From: Opitutales bacterium
GTDB lineage: Bacteria; Verrucomicrobiota; Verrucomicrobiia; Opitutales; JABSRG01
Direction of reading: 5' to 3'
Length of the DNA stretch: 64,000 nt
Assembly (NCBI GenBank): GCA_049599475.1
Contig: JBMYOQ010000003.1
Coordinates: 32,001 to 96,000 of the forward strand
The notes beneath the pieces were generated by a model. The model saw only the letters and a list, made by a program, of their open reading frames with translations. It did no database searches and had not been told where the DNA came from. The position numbers and the translations under genes were made by a program. Shown here one piece after another: positions 19,319 through 28,595 of the stretch (within the stretch, counting starts at the first letter, position 1; the number at the start of each line of letters is the position of its first letter).

Positions 19319-19392
19319 AATGGCGCTGCGTTTAGGATGATGTCATCGGTAGCGGCCGCTACCGATGAAATCATCCTAAACTCAGCGCCATT
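19319..19392. repeat. 74-bp loopless palindrome (REP/REPIN-like, GTAG type)
   Basis: Two 37-nt arms complementary at 35 of 37 positions, centred on GGTAGCGG|CCGCTACC; one arm recurs at 39662-39701. Confidence 0.85.
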
Positions 19393-19549
19393 GCTCCGCC
19401 ATCTCCGGTAAGCCTACGTCCGCTGTCCTCAGCGTCGACAGAGCCAACACCGAAAAAGACATGCCCCCAGAATAGTTGAGGATTTCCAACATCATCCGAA
19501 CTATTCTAATCAAGCCTTTGTCACTATCTTCTAGATACAAAAAGACCTA

Positions 19550-20491
19550 TCAGTTAGCCAATGTAGCCTGACGCTCGTATGCGGTCCATACCGCCTCTGC
19601 TGCGTCCGCAGACAGACTTCCGTCATAGACGAAGACTCCGTAATTTCGCCGATATTCTTTTTGAGGTTCGAGCACCCAAGATCGCTCTTGTACCGAATTC
19701 ATATTTACAAAAATAGCTCCGTTTCTGCGCTTGGAATTCCAAGTCCTTAAGAGTTCGGGGTAATCAAAGTTGTTCGGGTGAGTCATTAGGAGGATACCTG
19801 CGGTTGAACCCGTATCGGTAAGGCCCTGGATGCGCACCCATCTGGCCCGCGACCCGTCCGCCTTATCGTAGCTCAAACCTTCGCTCGTAAGTACCGTGCT
19901 ATTCTCTTTATTCCAGAATGGAGTCCCTCTGAGCGAGAAGCCACTGTATCGATAATTGAATACTGTAACAGGAGTATCCACTGTGGGTGCCTGAACAATC
20001 CCAAGATTGAGCAAATACCCATCTACCGTATCGTTAAAATCTCGAACTACCGATACATCAAGCTGCTCAGTTAAAAGGCGCCGCGGCCCCTCAGGTGCCT
20101 TTCGGTCAAGATATTCGCTGAGCGCGAAAAAGCCTTTCTCCGTCACACGGCTCTCCACTGCGCGCACAATGCCGTCTCTTTGCTGTAATTCCCAACAAAG
20201 GATCTTTCGTCCTTCGACTTCGACAAACTTCCATGGCCACCACAGCCCAAAGTGATGTCGGTGGTCTGAAGGCTGAAGGTCGGTTACGACAAATCCCGAG
20301 GGAGTCTTCAATGGGTGAATAAAATTACTACCATTGAAATGCTTCCCTCCTTCTGGATTCACAAGCGGTTTGGCCTGATACGAAACAAGTGCTTGTCCAT
20401 CAACATCGATGGACAGGAGACCATCATTGGCAGCTGTTTCAGCAACTAAGAGTACCGCCAAGAGTGCGGCTAAATAGCATCGAGGGGACAT
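19550..20491 (-). CDS. PmoA-family / DUF6807 secreted protein
   Basis: SNFIHPLKTPSG, PSDHRHHFGLWW, YRYSGFSLRG, RARWV and HPNNFDYP motifs; signal peptide. Confidence 0.78.
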   Translation of the reverse strand: MSPRCYLAALLAVLLVAETAANDGLLSIDVDGQALVSYQAKPLVNPEGGKHFNGSNFIHPLKTPSGFVVTDLQPSDHRHHFGLWWPWKFVEVEGRKILCWELQQRDGIVRAVESRVTEKGFFALSEYLDRKAPEGPRRLLTEQLDVSVVRDFNDTVDGYLLNLGIVQAPTVDTPVTVFNYRYSGFSLRGTPFWNKENSTVLTSEGLSYDKADGSRARWVRIQGLTDTGSTAGILLMTHPNNFDYPELLRTWNSKRRNGAIFVNMNSVQERSWVLEPQKEYRRNYGVFVYDGSLSADAAEAVWTAYERQATLAN

Positions 20492-20510
20492 GCTCAGAGA
20501 TCAAAAAATA

Positions 20511-21818
20511 TTAGACGGTCCAGGGATCGCGCATGGGCACATTCATCAAGGCCGAGGCCTCGGCGTCGCCGACAATCGTTTCACTGACCGGGTCCCACTT
20601 CAGTTTGCGCCCACCGAGTTTCATCGAGATGTGATGCAAAACACAGATCGTGTTGGAGCGATGCCCGACCTCGACCGGACAGACAGGATCACTGCCATCG
20701 CGTGCGGAGGTGATGAAATCGCTCATATGGTTACGACTTTGATAAAGGCTGATCTCGTCGCCAGTGGGTCTGCGACGTAAAATCTCTTTATCGCTGGCTT
20801 TCAAGGCCCCGCGCGAGCAATAGACCCAGCCATCTTCAGTCACAAAGCGGACGCCTGGTTTCCCGTTATTGGAGGTCATACGGACTCCATTACTATATAG
20901 GGCCTCCCCTTGGTAATCAACGTGCACATTGAAATGCCCACGATCTGGGAATTCGCCTTTAGCCTGAATCTCGACTGGGCCACTATCTCGATCCGTCCCC
21001 ATGGCCCATTGGCCAATATCATACATATGCGATCCCCAGCCTGTAATCATTCCCAGGCAGAAGCGCTCCACCTGTAGCCAGCCTGGCCTTCCGTATCCAT
21101 TTTGTGGATGCACGCGGCTTTCTATATAAGGCATATCTGGACAAGGCCCCAACCAGAGGTCGTAATTCAAGTCACTCGGAGGAGCGCTAGGCTCGCCGTT
21201 GGCAACCCCCTTATCGGTTGGCAGCTCCACCTGGATTTCTTTGAGCTGTCCCAACCAATTGTTTCTCACGACATTACATGCGATGAAGAAGCGGCTCATT
21301 GAGCGCTGCTGAGATCCAGTTTGTAAGACAACATTATTTGCCCTGACCGCTTTCACCAAAGCTTTGCCTTCAGGAATCGAATAGGCAAGCGGTTTTTGAA
21401 GGTAAATATGTTTGCCTGCATTTGCGGCCATCACACCGATAATACCATGCCAGTTATCAGGAGTGGATATAACGACTCCGTCGATATCATTCCGCATTAA
21501 AAGCTCACGAAAATCTTGATACACATCAACCTTTACGGCGGCCTCTCCCTTATTCGTATAGAACTCGGTGACTATATTTTTCGAATCGTTGGCACGTTTT
21601 AGGTCAACGTCACACACGGCGATTACGCGTGCATTGTTCCCCTCTTTCCAGCCGCTATTGAGTGCGTTTTTCATATCGCCTCGCCCCATGCGTCCACAGC
21701 CAATCTGCGCTAGCTGCATGGTCGAATTCTTGGTGCTGCTTCCCCACAGTCCACTTGGAGTGAGAGAGCAAGCGGCTCCCAGGATTAGGCTATCTTGGAT
21801 AAAGGTTCTTCTTTTCAT
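20511..21818 (-). CDS. Gfo/Idh/MocA oxidoreductase with Tat signal
   Basis: MKRRTFIQ twin-arginine start (ATG 21818); IGCGRMG, STPDNWH, GKHIYLQKP, GSQQRS, GMITGWGSHMYD. Confidence 0.9.
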   Translation of the reverse strand: MKRRTFIQDSLILGAACSLTPSGLWGSSTKNSTMQLAQIGCGRMGRGDMKNALNSGWKEGNNARVIAVCDVDLKRANDSKNIVTEFYTNKGEAAVKVDVYQDFRELLMRNDIDGVVISTPDNWHGIIGVMAANAGKHIYLQKPLAYSIPEGKALVKAVRANNVVLQTGSQQRSMSRFFIACNVVRNNWLGQLKEIQVELPTDKGVANGEPSAPPSDLNYDLWLGPCPDMPYIESRVHPQNGYGRPGWLQVERFCLGMITGWGSHMYDIGQWAMGTDRDSGPVEIQAKGEFPDRGHFNVHVDYQGEALYSNGVRMTSNNGKPGVRFVTEDGWVYCSRGALKASDKEILRRRPTGDEISLYQSRNHMSDFITSARDGSDPVCPVEVGHRSNTICVLHHISMKLGGRKLKWDPVSETIVGDAEASALMNVPMRDPWTV

Positions 21819-21825
21819 AGGTCGA

Positions 21826-22788
21826 TTATTTGGCGGTAAAGGATTCGTGGGTTTGCTCAGCCTTGCCGACTGGTTGATCTGGGGCATCTAAATCCCCAAT
21901 TGCGTATTGAATGCCGTTGAGGACAAATTTCATAAGCGCAGGATTTTCAAAACTCTGAGCATTGTGAGACGGGCTACAGTAAAAGACGCGCCCTTCGCCA
22001 TGCGTTTTGATCCAGGAAATATATCGCCTCACCTGCTGCTGCCCAGGCGACCGTTTTATCATTTTCTTGAGATCCGAAGGCTTGAGTTCGTTCAGATCCA
22101 TCTCGAGCAACGGATGAAAATTAAAGTCGAAATAGGTATCTTTGAAGCAGTATGGCTCATCGTAGTGCACCATATTTTCACCACCGAAAGCGGATGAAAT
22201 AGGGTGATCATGATCGAGGACGACGCAGGTCATCATTTGTTGCTTGGGGTGAAAATCAAAGGCGCCGCCTAAGACTTCGTTAAAGCCATCCGTGTTGATC
22301 ATCGCAATCGAACCGTGAATGGCGACTGCGCCCTTCCCGCCCGCAACGTATTCGATCAAGTTATCCTCGAGTTGTATGGCTTTATCAACGTCCTCTATCG
22401 CGTCTCGAAATAGATGACGGTATTTTCGGTGAGAACAGTTGTTTACCAGTACTATTGCGTCGAATTGGTCGATTTTTTCTTTCTCAAAAAGCGAGATATC
22501 ATCCGAAATCAACGCCTCGTAAGCTCCCGTCTTCTCACCCAAAATTCTCACGACCTCTGCTGTGTGTGGAGTGGCCCAGTGCACGAAGCCCGTAATTTTC
22601 GTGAAGACCAGAACCTTGCGCGGTTGAGCAGCCTCGGCGTCCGCCTTTTCTGGAGCACGTGATTCGATGAGCTCCAGCCATTCATCATTGAGAGGAAATC
22701 GACCAACTTTTTCAGAGAATCCCTCCGCGGGAATAATCCAAAGGGCGATTAGTAAGAACCAGCAGATCTGCTTAAAATATGAATCCAT
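21826..22788 (-). CDS. ThuA-domain (trehalose utilisation / class I glutamine amidotransferase-like) protein, secreted
   Basis: KVLVFTKITGFVH, GKGAVAIHG, FDFHP, DEPY, ISW...GEGRVFY...H motifs; signal peptide from the ATG at 22788. Confidence 0.82.
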   Translation of the reverse strand: MDSYFKQICWFLLIALWIIPAEGFSEKVGRFPLNDEWLELIESRAPEKADAEAAQPRKVLVFTKITGFVHWATPHTAEVVRILGEKTGAYEALISDDISLFEKEKIDQFDAIVLVNNCSHRKYRHLFRDAIEDVDKAIQLEDNLIEYVAGGKGAVAIHGSIAMINTDGFNEVLGGAFDFHPKQQMMTCVVLDHDHPISSAFGGENMVHYDEPYCFKDTYFDFNFHPLLEMDLNELKPSDLKKMIKRSPGQQQVRRYISWIKTHGEGRVFYCSPSHNAQSFENPALMKFVLNGIQYAIGDLDAPDQPVGKAEQTHESFTAK

Positions 22789-23263
22789 ATAGGGTAAATG
22801 TAGTGGCTGGGGTTTCATCGATCCTATAAACATCACCCTTATAGAATCGGTCGCACATGGCGTAGGTAGACAGATGAATAGCCTTTTTGATCGGCAGGAA
22901 GTTCTGTCATGTTCCCATATTAACACGAAGGAGGTATTTTCCCTACTTCACTGCGTGCGAAGAAATCTTCATTTCGTGCACAATAAAGATCCACTCAACA
23001 ACTTGAAATTTAGTCATACCAGGCGGCGTTAAGACCTTATTCATCAACGACACGGGTTGATCGATCAACGAAACCGGCAGGGACACCCCTTAATTCAACT
23101 TTCTAAAAGCTGTCCACGACGTGCACTTTTAAAGTACAGTCGAATGTAATTTCCTACATAAATGCGAGCAAGGCGGCTAGTCCGGATTTGAGACTCATCT
23201 GTGAGCGATACGAATTACCGATTGATCTCCATGCAGAATACCGCCATAGACCGCGGTTTCACT

Positions 23264-24076
23264 ATGGCAAAACCCATCGCACTGATAACCAACGACGATA
23301 GCATCGAATCCCCATTGCTAGCCCCGCTAGTCGAGGCAGCTTCGGAGGTCTGCGAGGTATTTGTGGTAGCTCCCGCCACGGAACAAAGCTGGATTGGGCG
23401 CGCATATTCGCGTCACCGCAAACTCCAGATAAAGGAGTCTGGGGCCTTCAGTCACCCGACATGGACGATCGATGGGACCCCATCTGATTGCGTGAATATT
23501 GGCCTGCACCACCTTTTACCCGTAAAACCCGACATTGTTCTTTCCGGCATCAATATTGGCTATAATGCAACCGCGACCTACATCTACAGTTCAGGCACTG
23601 TCGCGGGAGCCCTCGAAGGAGCCTTTCACAACATTCCCTCAATCGCATTCAGCAAAGCACTGCCCGAGCACGCTTACACAACTGCGACCGAGGAGCGCGT
23701 ATTGGACGAGCAGTCGGTGATCGATTCTGTAAAAAGCGACCAGAAACGCATTCCCAAGATGATCGAGAACGCCCTGAGCGCTGAGACAGAACTTGGCCGT
23801 GTCTGGAACATTAACTTCCCGGAGGCATCTGACGAGCATTCTGACATCGCCTACACGCACCCAATCCGGCTCCCTGGTTTTTCGTTTTTCAAAATAAATG
23901 AAGACCAAGTCGCCCATTTCGAATTTTCAACCAGCGGCAAATTGGACATTCCTGAAGATACCGACATAGCAGCTATCCGCAGAGGAGATATTTCTGTCTC
24001 TATTCTAGGGTTTGGACAGTTGACCCAGTGGAACGGTTCGCAGGAAGATGATCCTCTACGCTTGAAAAGCTGCTAA
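23264..24076 (+). CDS. surE: 5'/3'-nucleotidase SurE
   Basis: ITNDD, VAPATEQS, GTPSDCV, SGINIG.N, YSSGTVAGA.EG, NINFP. Confidence 0.92.
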   Translation: MAKPIALITNDDSIESPLLAPLVEAASEVCEVFVVAPATEQSWIGRAYSRHRKLQIKESGAFSHPTWTIDGTPSDCVNIGLHHLLPVKPDIVLSGINIGYNATATYIYSSGTVAGALEGAFHNIPSIAFSKALPEHAYTTATEERVLDEQSVIDSVKSDQKRIPKMIENALSAETELGRVWNINFPEASDEHSDIAYTHPIRLPGFSFFKINEDQVAHFEFSTSGKLDIPEDTDIAAIRRGDISVSILGFGQLTQWNGSQEDDPLRLKSC

Positions 24077-24106
24077 GCCGCCCCTATGCCTCGATTTTGA
24101 TCATTT

Positions 24107-25357
24107 ATGAAGCTGACTAAAGTCCTTTCTTTAAGCCTTTTAGCCCTCTCTGCCGCGCTGGCACAGATCCTTCCTGCCCAGACTCCTGAAGAAGAGCAAT
24201 CGGCAGAATCATTCGAGGGCATCTGGGAGGCCTCCTTCCCCGAGACGAATCAAAAAGCATTCCTCTTCGTGAAAGGTAATCAGATTGCCTCGTTTTTCTT
24301 CGATTTTACCGACGACAATTTGGTCCATCCGGCGGAGTGGTCCTTCGAGACTGCACCCTCTCCGAAACTACGCATCACCAGCGAAAAGGGAGACAGCTTT
24401 GAAATCGTCCGCGGAGAAACCAGCTACCAAGTCTATTGGGGACGCCCGGATGGCAGCTTCGCAAACGGCTCGGCGATCTCGGTGCCCGAATCAGAGGTTG
24501 GAAAGTTAGCGGTATCTCCCGATGAGGCCAAACGCCGTGATACCACGCTGGCATCGGCCGAGGGCTTTTTTGGCACGTGGGAAATACAGCCCAAAGAAGG
24601 TCTACCTTTCTATATAGTTGTAGAAGACAACCGGACTGCAGGCAGCTCCTATCCATTCTCCACCTACGGAACTCGCGGATTGCGGGGTCGCTGGGTGAAA
24701 CGTGGCGATGAACTTCATATCATGTGGGATTCGGGACACTATTCAGTGATCAAGGAGCTTCCAAACCGTTATGAATCGGTCTTTTACAACCCTGGAGATG
24801 CTCTGAATGACGAAGCTAGCGGTGAGACGACGATCGCGTCTCGTGTTGATTTCCGTACGCCCGGCATCTGGGCAACAGAATACGCTGAGACCAAGCCCAC
24901 CTACGCGACCTCAATATCGGCGTTCAGAAAGCGCAGTAACGCGCGTTCATTCTATCGGGGTAAGTGGGATGTCGTAGATCACGACGGAAGCCTCAAAGAG
25001 ACTCTCGACTTCAGCCGCTTCCAAGACATCGATTCAAACCGTGAGGGAGGTATCGATGGCTCATGGAGAATCAGTTCAGACTGGGCTTACATTACCTGGG
25101 AAGACGGCCTCAGGGCAGTCGTTCAGCCGATTGACGACGCATTCGCGATTTCGATTTTCCTCCCCAATCAGGCTCTCGACGGAACTCCCTATAAATATTT
25201 TCCGCTCGTTCCCCACGACAGTGGAAAATACGCAAAATACATTGAGAAGCGCACCGAAGCGACAGAACGCCTACGCGAGTATCTCGAAGACGAGCGTCGC
25301 GATGCTGAACGCCGCCGCGCCCGCGAGAATTGGTTTAGCTTCTGGCCCTTCGACTAG
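24107..25357 (+). CDS. Secreted hypothetical protein with three internal beta-rich repeats
   Basis: Signal peptide; repeats open with FEGIWE, FFGTWE and FYRGKWD. Confidence 0.7.
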   Translation: MKLTKVLSLSLLALSAALAQILPAQTPEEEQSAESFEGIWEASFPETNQKAFLFVKGNQIASFFFDFTDDNLVHPAEWSFETAPSPKLRITSEKGDSFEIVRGETSYQVYWGRPDGSFANGSAISVPESEVGKLAVSPDEAKRRDTTLASAEGFFGTWEIQPKEGLPFYIVVEDNRTAGSSYPFSTYGTRGLRGRWVKRGDELHIMWDSGHYSVIKELPNRYESVFYNPGDALNDEASGETTIASRVDFRTPGIWATEYAETKPTYATSISAFRKRSNARSFYRGKWDVVDHDGSLKETLDFSRFQDIDSNREGGIDGSWRISSDWAYITWEDGLRAVVQPIDDAFAISIFLPNQALDGTPYKYFPLVPHDSGKYAKYIEKRTEATERLREYLEDERRDAERRRARENWFSFWPFD

Positions 25358-26709
25358 GAAGAGGCCGGCTCGGTAGAGTTCACATCCTCAATTACCGAGG
25401 GGAAGAGAAATTCGAAGTCGTTGATCGTTGTCCCTTGAGGCAGCCCATCCACGTCGAATCCCATACTACCGAGTAAGCCCAGTGGAGGTTTGTCCGTGAC
25501 AGAAGAGACATCCATCAGCAGTTGCTGCTGCACGAGAGTCAATGCTTCTTCCAATGAAAACGCGGCTCCAAGCCCTTTTCCACTTTTCTCAAAAAACGCA
25601 TTAAGCACACCGCCGTCGATTTTATCTGGGCGTGCTTCCTTAAGATATTCCAACCACGAAACGATTTGCTCAAAATTCCCGGGCCAATCATAAGCGATCA
25701 GGCGACTACTCACTTCAGCACTGTAATTCTGAGGCCAGAGCCCTTGAGGCAACCATTGCTCGGAACTATTACAGAGTAGAAAGACAATATCTGCTACACG
25801 CCCCTCGAGTGCCGGCACTTCGATACTAGTAGCCCTAAATATCCGCTTCACATGAAGAACACCTTCATTTTCTACAAGCTCTTTGCGCCCTACGAAGGCA
25901 AAGCGAATAGCTTTTTCTGAACCAAACATCTCTGCGGCGGATTCATATAGATAAGCTAGCGCATCAAACGCATCTTCGTCATCAATCTCTTCAAATTCAG
26001 AGATAACAACTGTGATGTGCTCGAATTCCTGAACAGCCTGCTCCAGCTCGGGCCGGATATCAGTATCTATAAATGCTTTGAGTGGTATCGGATCGAGGAC
26101 ATGCCGACTCAGGCCTTCCCAACATGCACACTCTTGGAGACCTAAACGCGCTTCGCCACCCTTGGGATTAATGAGCATCAGCACATCATTTCGACTCCAA
26201 GCTGAGTACATTTTTTCTATCCAACGCTTAGCAGCCGGAGTCTGGTCCGACAAAAACTGTAGAGGCGTCTGATACGACGGACGTGTAGTCCCCATATAGA
26301 GATTCTTAAGCCTATGAAATGGGTCCTCAGTCGATTGTGACGATTCGGAATCTGGCTCTACAAAACACCGCACCTGCCCTAGGAACATCTCTGTATCCAG
26401 CGGTTTCTCATAAACTCGTGTTGCGCCCAAATTGGCCACTTTCACCAGTTCAGCTGTATCCATCACGCCAGAAACTAGGAAAACTGGTAACCGTGGCTGA
26501 ATGCCTCGCACTTTTTTCAAAAAAGCGGCGCCGTCCATAAGCGGCATACGATAATCAGACACAATCAGAATATACTGACGATCACGGATCATGCGATAGG
26601 CATCATTCGCACTCGTCGCAACATCCACGGCAAAACCATGCTCATTGAGCAGAGCTCGCAGCATCAGGGCGTAATTTTCCTCGTCGTCTAGAACTAAAAT
26701 CTGGGACAC
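25354..26709 (-). CDS. Response regulator with degenerate sigma54-activator (AAA+)-like domain
   Basis: REC: LDDEE, SDYRMP..DG, EKP. Remnants VPALEGRVADI and YDWPGN; no recognisable Walker A or GAFTGA. Confidence 0.75.
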   Translation of the reverse strand: MSQILVLDDEENYALMLRALLNEHGFAVDVATSANDAYRMIRDRQYILIVSDYRMPLMDGAAFLKKVRGIQPRLPVFLVSGVMDTAELVKVANLGATRVYEKPLDTEMFLGQVRCFVEPDSESSQSTEDPFHRLKNLYMGTTRPSYQTPLQFLSDQTPAAKRWIEKMYSAWSRNDVLMLINPKGGEARLGLQECACWEGLSRHVLDPIPLKAFIDTDIRPELEQAVQEFEHITVVISEFEEIDDEDAFDALAYLYESAAEMFGSEKAIRFAFVGRKELVENEGVLHVKRIFRATSIEVPALEGRVADIVFLLCNSSEQWLPQGLWPQNYSAEVSSRLIAYDWPGNFEQIVSWLEYLKEARPDKIDGGVLNAFFEKSGKGLGAAFSLEEALTLVQQQLLMDVSSVTDKPPLGLLGSMGFDVDGLPQGTTINDFEFLFPSVIEDVNSTEPASS

Positions 26710-26904
26710 AATCCAAAGATCGGCCCGGATGTTTCAAAGTTGAGCCTGCACTATCAATAAGACGTTGCAGGTGGCTAAATAACTCTCAATCCTCGACGTA
26801 TTATGCTGAAACGAGCCTGGTTTTTGCTATTTCAGCCCAGATTCGTTTATTCTTAAATTTACAAATTACCGAACCCGTCGCCCAAATCGCTGTTTTATTC
26901 ATTT

Positions 26905-28488
26905 ATGAGACTATTTTCACTGTTGATTCTCGCCCTACTCCCACTCGCCTCGGTTTCGCTCGTTCATGCACAGGATGCAGAGAGCACCCCGGACACTCTA
27001 GCCGCTGAAGAGGCAGCACCAGAGGCCTCCGAATCAGTATCCGAGGCAGCAGATACCGAAACCATTATTGAGGAGGAGCCAGCAGAGGAGAACCCAGTGG
27101 TAAAACTGCGTGAAGAGTCCGAGCTGCTGAGGACTGAAAGCGGATTGCGTGAATTACAAATCAAGGCAGAGCTTGCCGATCAGATTGCAGAGACTCAGCG
27201 CTTACAAATCGAAGCAGCACACAGGCGCGCAAAATTACAGGAGGAGCTCTCAGAACTCCAGACTGAGCGAGATACTTTGAAAGCGGAAATGTCTCTCAGG
27301 GAGACCAAAGCAGCGGCTGAACTAGCAGAACTTTCCCAGGCAAACCAACGCCTTGAGCAAGAACTCAAAAACGCCGACCTCGAAGCGCGTCAAGGTCTCG
27401 CCGAGATTACCCGGGAACGCGAGCGCCTCAAAGTAGAGTTTTCACTTCGCGAGCAACGCCTCCGCGACGAATTATCAGAAAAGGAGCTCGAGCGCCTACG
27501 CACTCAGTCTGAATTGGCCATGGCGAGCGATCGCATGAAGATCCGCGAACTCGAGATTCAAGCAGAGAAGCAGGAACTCTTACATGAAGCCCAAAAGATC
27601 GATCTAGCTCGCAAGAAACTGCAAGCCGAGAACGAGCGCGCTGCCGTCGAACTCGTGCGTCTCAAGCAAAAGCTCGAATTGCGCAACCAGGAGAAACAAT
27701 GGAAACGCGCTGTTGAAGAGCCTTTAGAATACCCTGCTGAGCCATTCGATGGAACAGCCCTCGCTATTTCCGATCGGCGTATCGCCCTCAATGGCCCCAT
27801 CATTACCGGCACCGCAAACTACATCACTCAGCGTATTCATTTCTTTAATAACCAGGACGACGATTCGCCGATTTTTATCGTGATCGATAGTAGCCCCGGT
27901 GGGTCGGTGATGGAAGGTTACCGGATCCTCAAAGCGATGGAAGCGAGTTCGGCTCCTATTCACGTAGTCGTAAAGAGCTTTGCAGCAAGCATGGCGGCAG
28001 TCATTCTGACCATGGCCGAAGAGTCTTACGCATTCCCAAATGCCGTGATCCTTCACCACCAGCCTTGGAGCTTCTCTGTCGGTAATATTACCCAACAGTC
28101 CGAGCAAATGGAGATTTTCAAAGACTGGGCAAAGCGCCTCCACCAACCCGTCGCCGACAAAATGGGCGTGACCCTTGAAGAGTTCTACACCGAGATGTAT
28201 GAGAACAATTCCATGGGCGACTGGCAGGAATTCGCAGATAAAGCGCAGGAACTGAAATGGGTCGACCACATCACCCTCGAATTGCGCGAAGAAGGTATCA
28301 CTGAAAAACCCACAGGTCGCGCCCCACGCCCCTTCTTCTTCTTTTTTGCAGGAGATGATGGCGAACTCGTCCCCGAAGAAGGCCTAGAAGCACGCATCCC
28401 ACGCTCGGCGATGCTCCCTGCTCCGGATCCGTTCGACTTTTACTTTCTCTACAATCGGATGGGCTTCTACCGCTGGCCCAACCTCTAA
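26905..28488 (+). CDS. Exported ClpP-like (S14) peptidase with N-terminal coiled coil
   Basis: Signal peptide (..SLVHA-Q), long E/K/R/L-rich coiled coil, then R.I.LNGPI, IDSSPGGSV..G, FAASMAA (Ser), HHQP (His), GDW (Asp). Confidence 0.8.
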   Translation: MRLFSLLILALLPLASVSLVHAQDAESTPDTLAAEEAAPEASESVSEAADTETIIEEEPAEENPVVKLREESELLRTESGLRELQIKAELADQIAETQRLQIEAAHRRAKLQEELSELQTERDTLKAEMSLRETKAAAELAELSQANQRLEQELKNADLEARQGLAEITRERERLKVEFSLREQRLRDELSEKELERLRTQSELAMASDRMKIRELEIQAEKQELLHEAQKIDLARKKLQAENERAAVELVRLKQKLELRNQEKQWKRAVEEPLEYPAEPFDGTALAISDRRIALNGPIITGTANYITQRIHFFNNQDDDSPIFIVIDSSPGGSVMEGYRILKAMEASSAPIHVVVKSFAASMAAVILTMAEESYAFPNAVILHHQPWSFSVGNITQQSEQMEIFKDWAKRLHQPVADKMGVTLEEFYTEMYENNSMGDWQEFADKAQELKWVDHITLELREEGITEKPTGRAPRPFFFFFAGDDGELVPEEGLEARIPRSAMLPAPDPFDFYFLYNRMGFYRWPNL

Positions 28489-28595
28489 GAAAGAGAAGTT
28501 TAAAAAGACACGTAAGCCTTTTGTCGCATATCAGTTTTCGTAGACGAAATTATCGTCACTATGCGATTATTTTGAGGACCCTCTGCGCATGAGTA

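Noticed and set aside
19062..19549. Possible CRISPR array, tRNA or SRP/6S RNA in the structured intergenic region
   Set aside because: No regularly spaced direct repeats, cloverleaf/TTC arm or SRP GGAA-tetraloop motif seen; kept only as palindromic repeats and an unassigned structure.
16346..20491. Methane oxidation suggested by the 'PmoA' family name
   Set aside because: These are soluble, signal-peptide, beta-rich proteins, not the multi-TM pMMO subunit; no pmoC or pmoB present.
23264..23310. SurE motif NDDS instead of NDDG
   Set aside because: The catalytic Asp pair is intact; a single conservative change is not evidence of altered function.
12846..26865. Shared ATTTACAAA 9-mer in three upstream regions (~12846 reverse, ~16290, ~26857)
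   Set aside because: Short AT-rich word in AT-rich promoters and not clearly palindromic; plausible by chance.
28523..28568. Nested inverted repeat between the convergent ClpP-like gene and priA
   Set aside because: Short imperfect stems (TCGCATA/TATGCGA, TTTCGT/ACGAAA); may be a weak terminator but not supportable.
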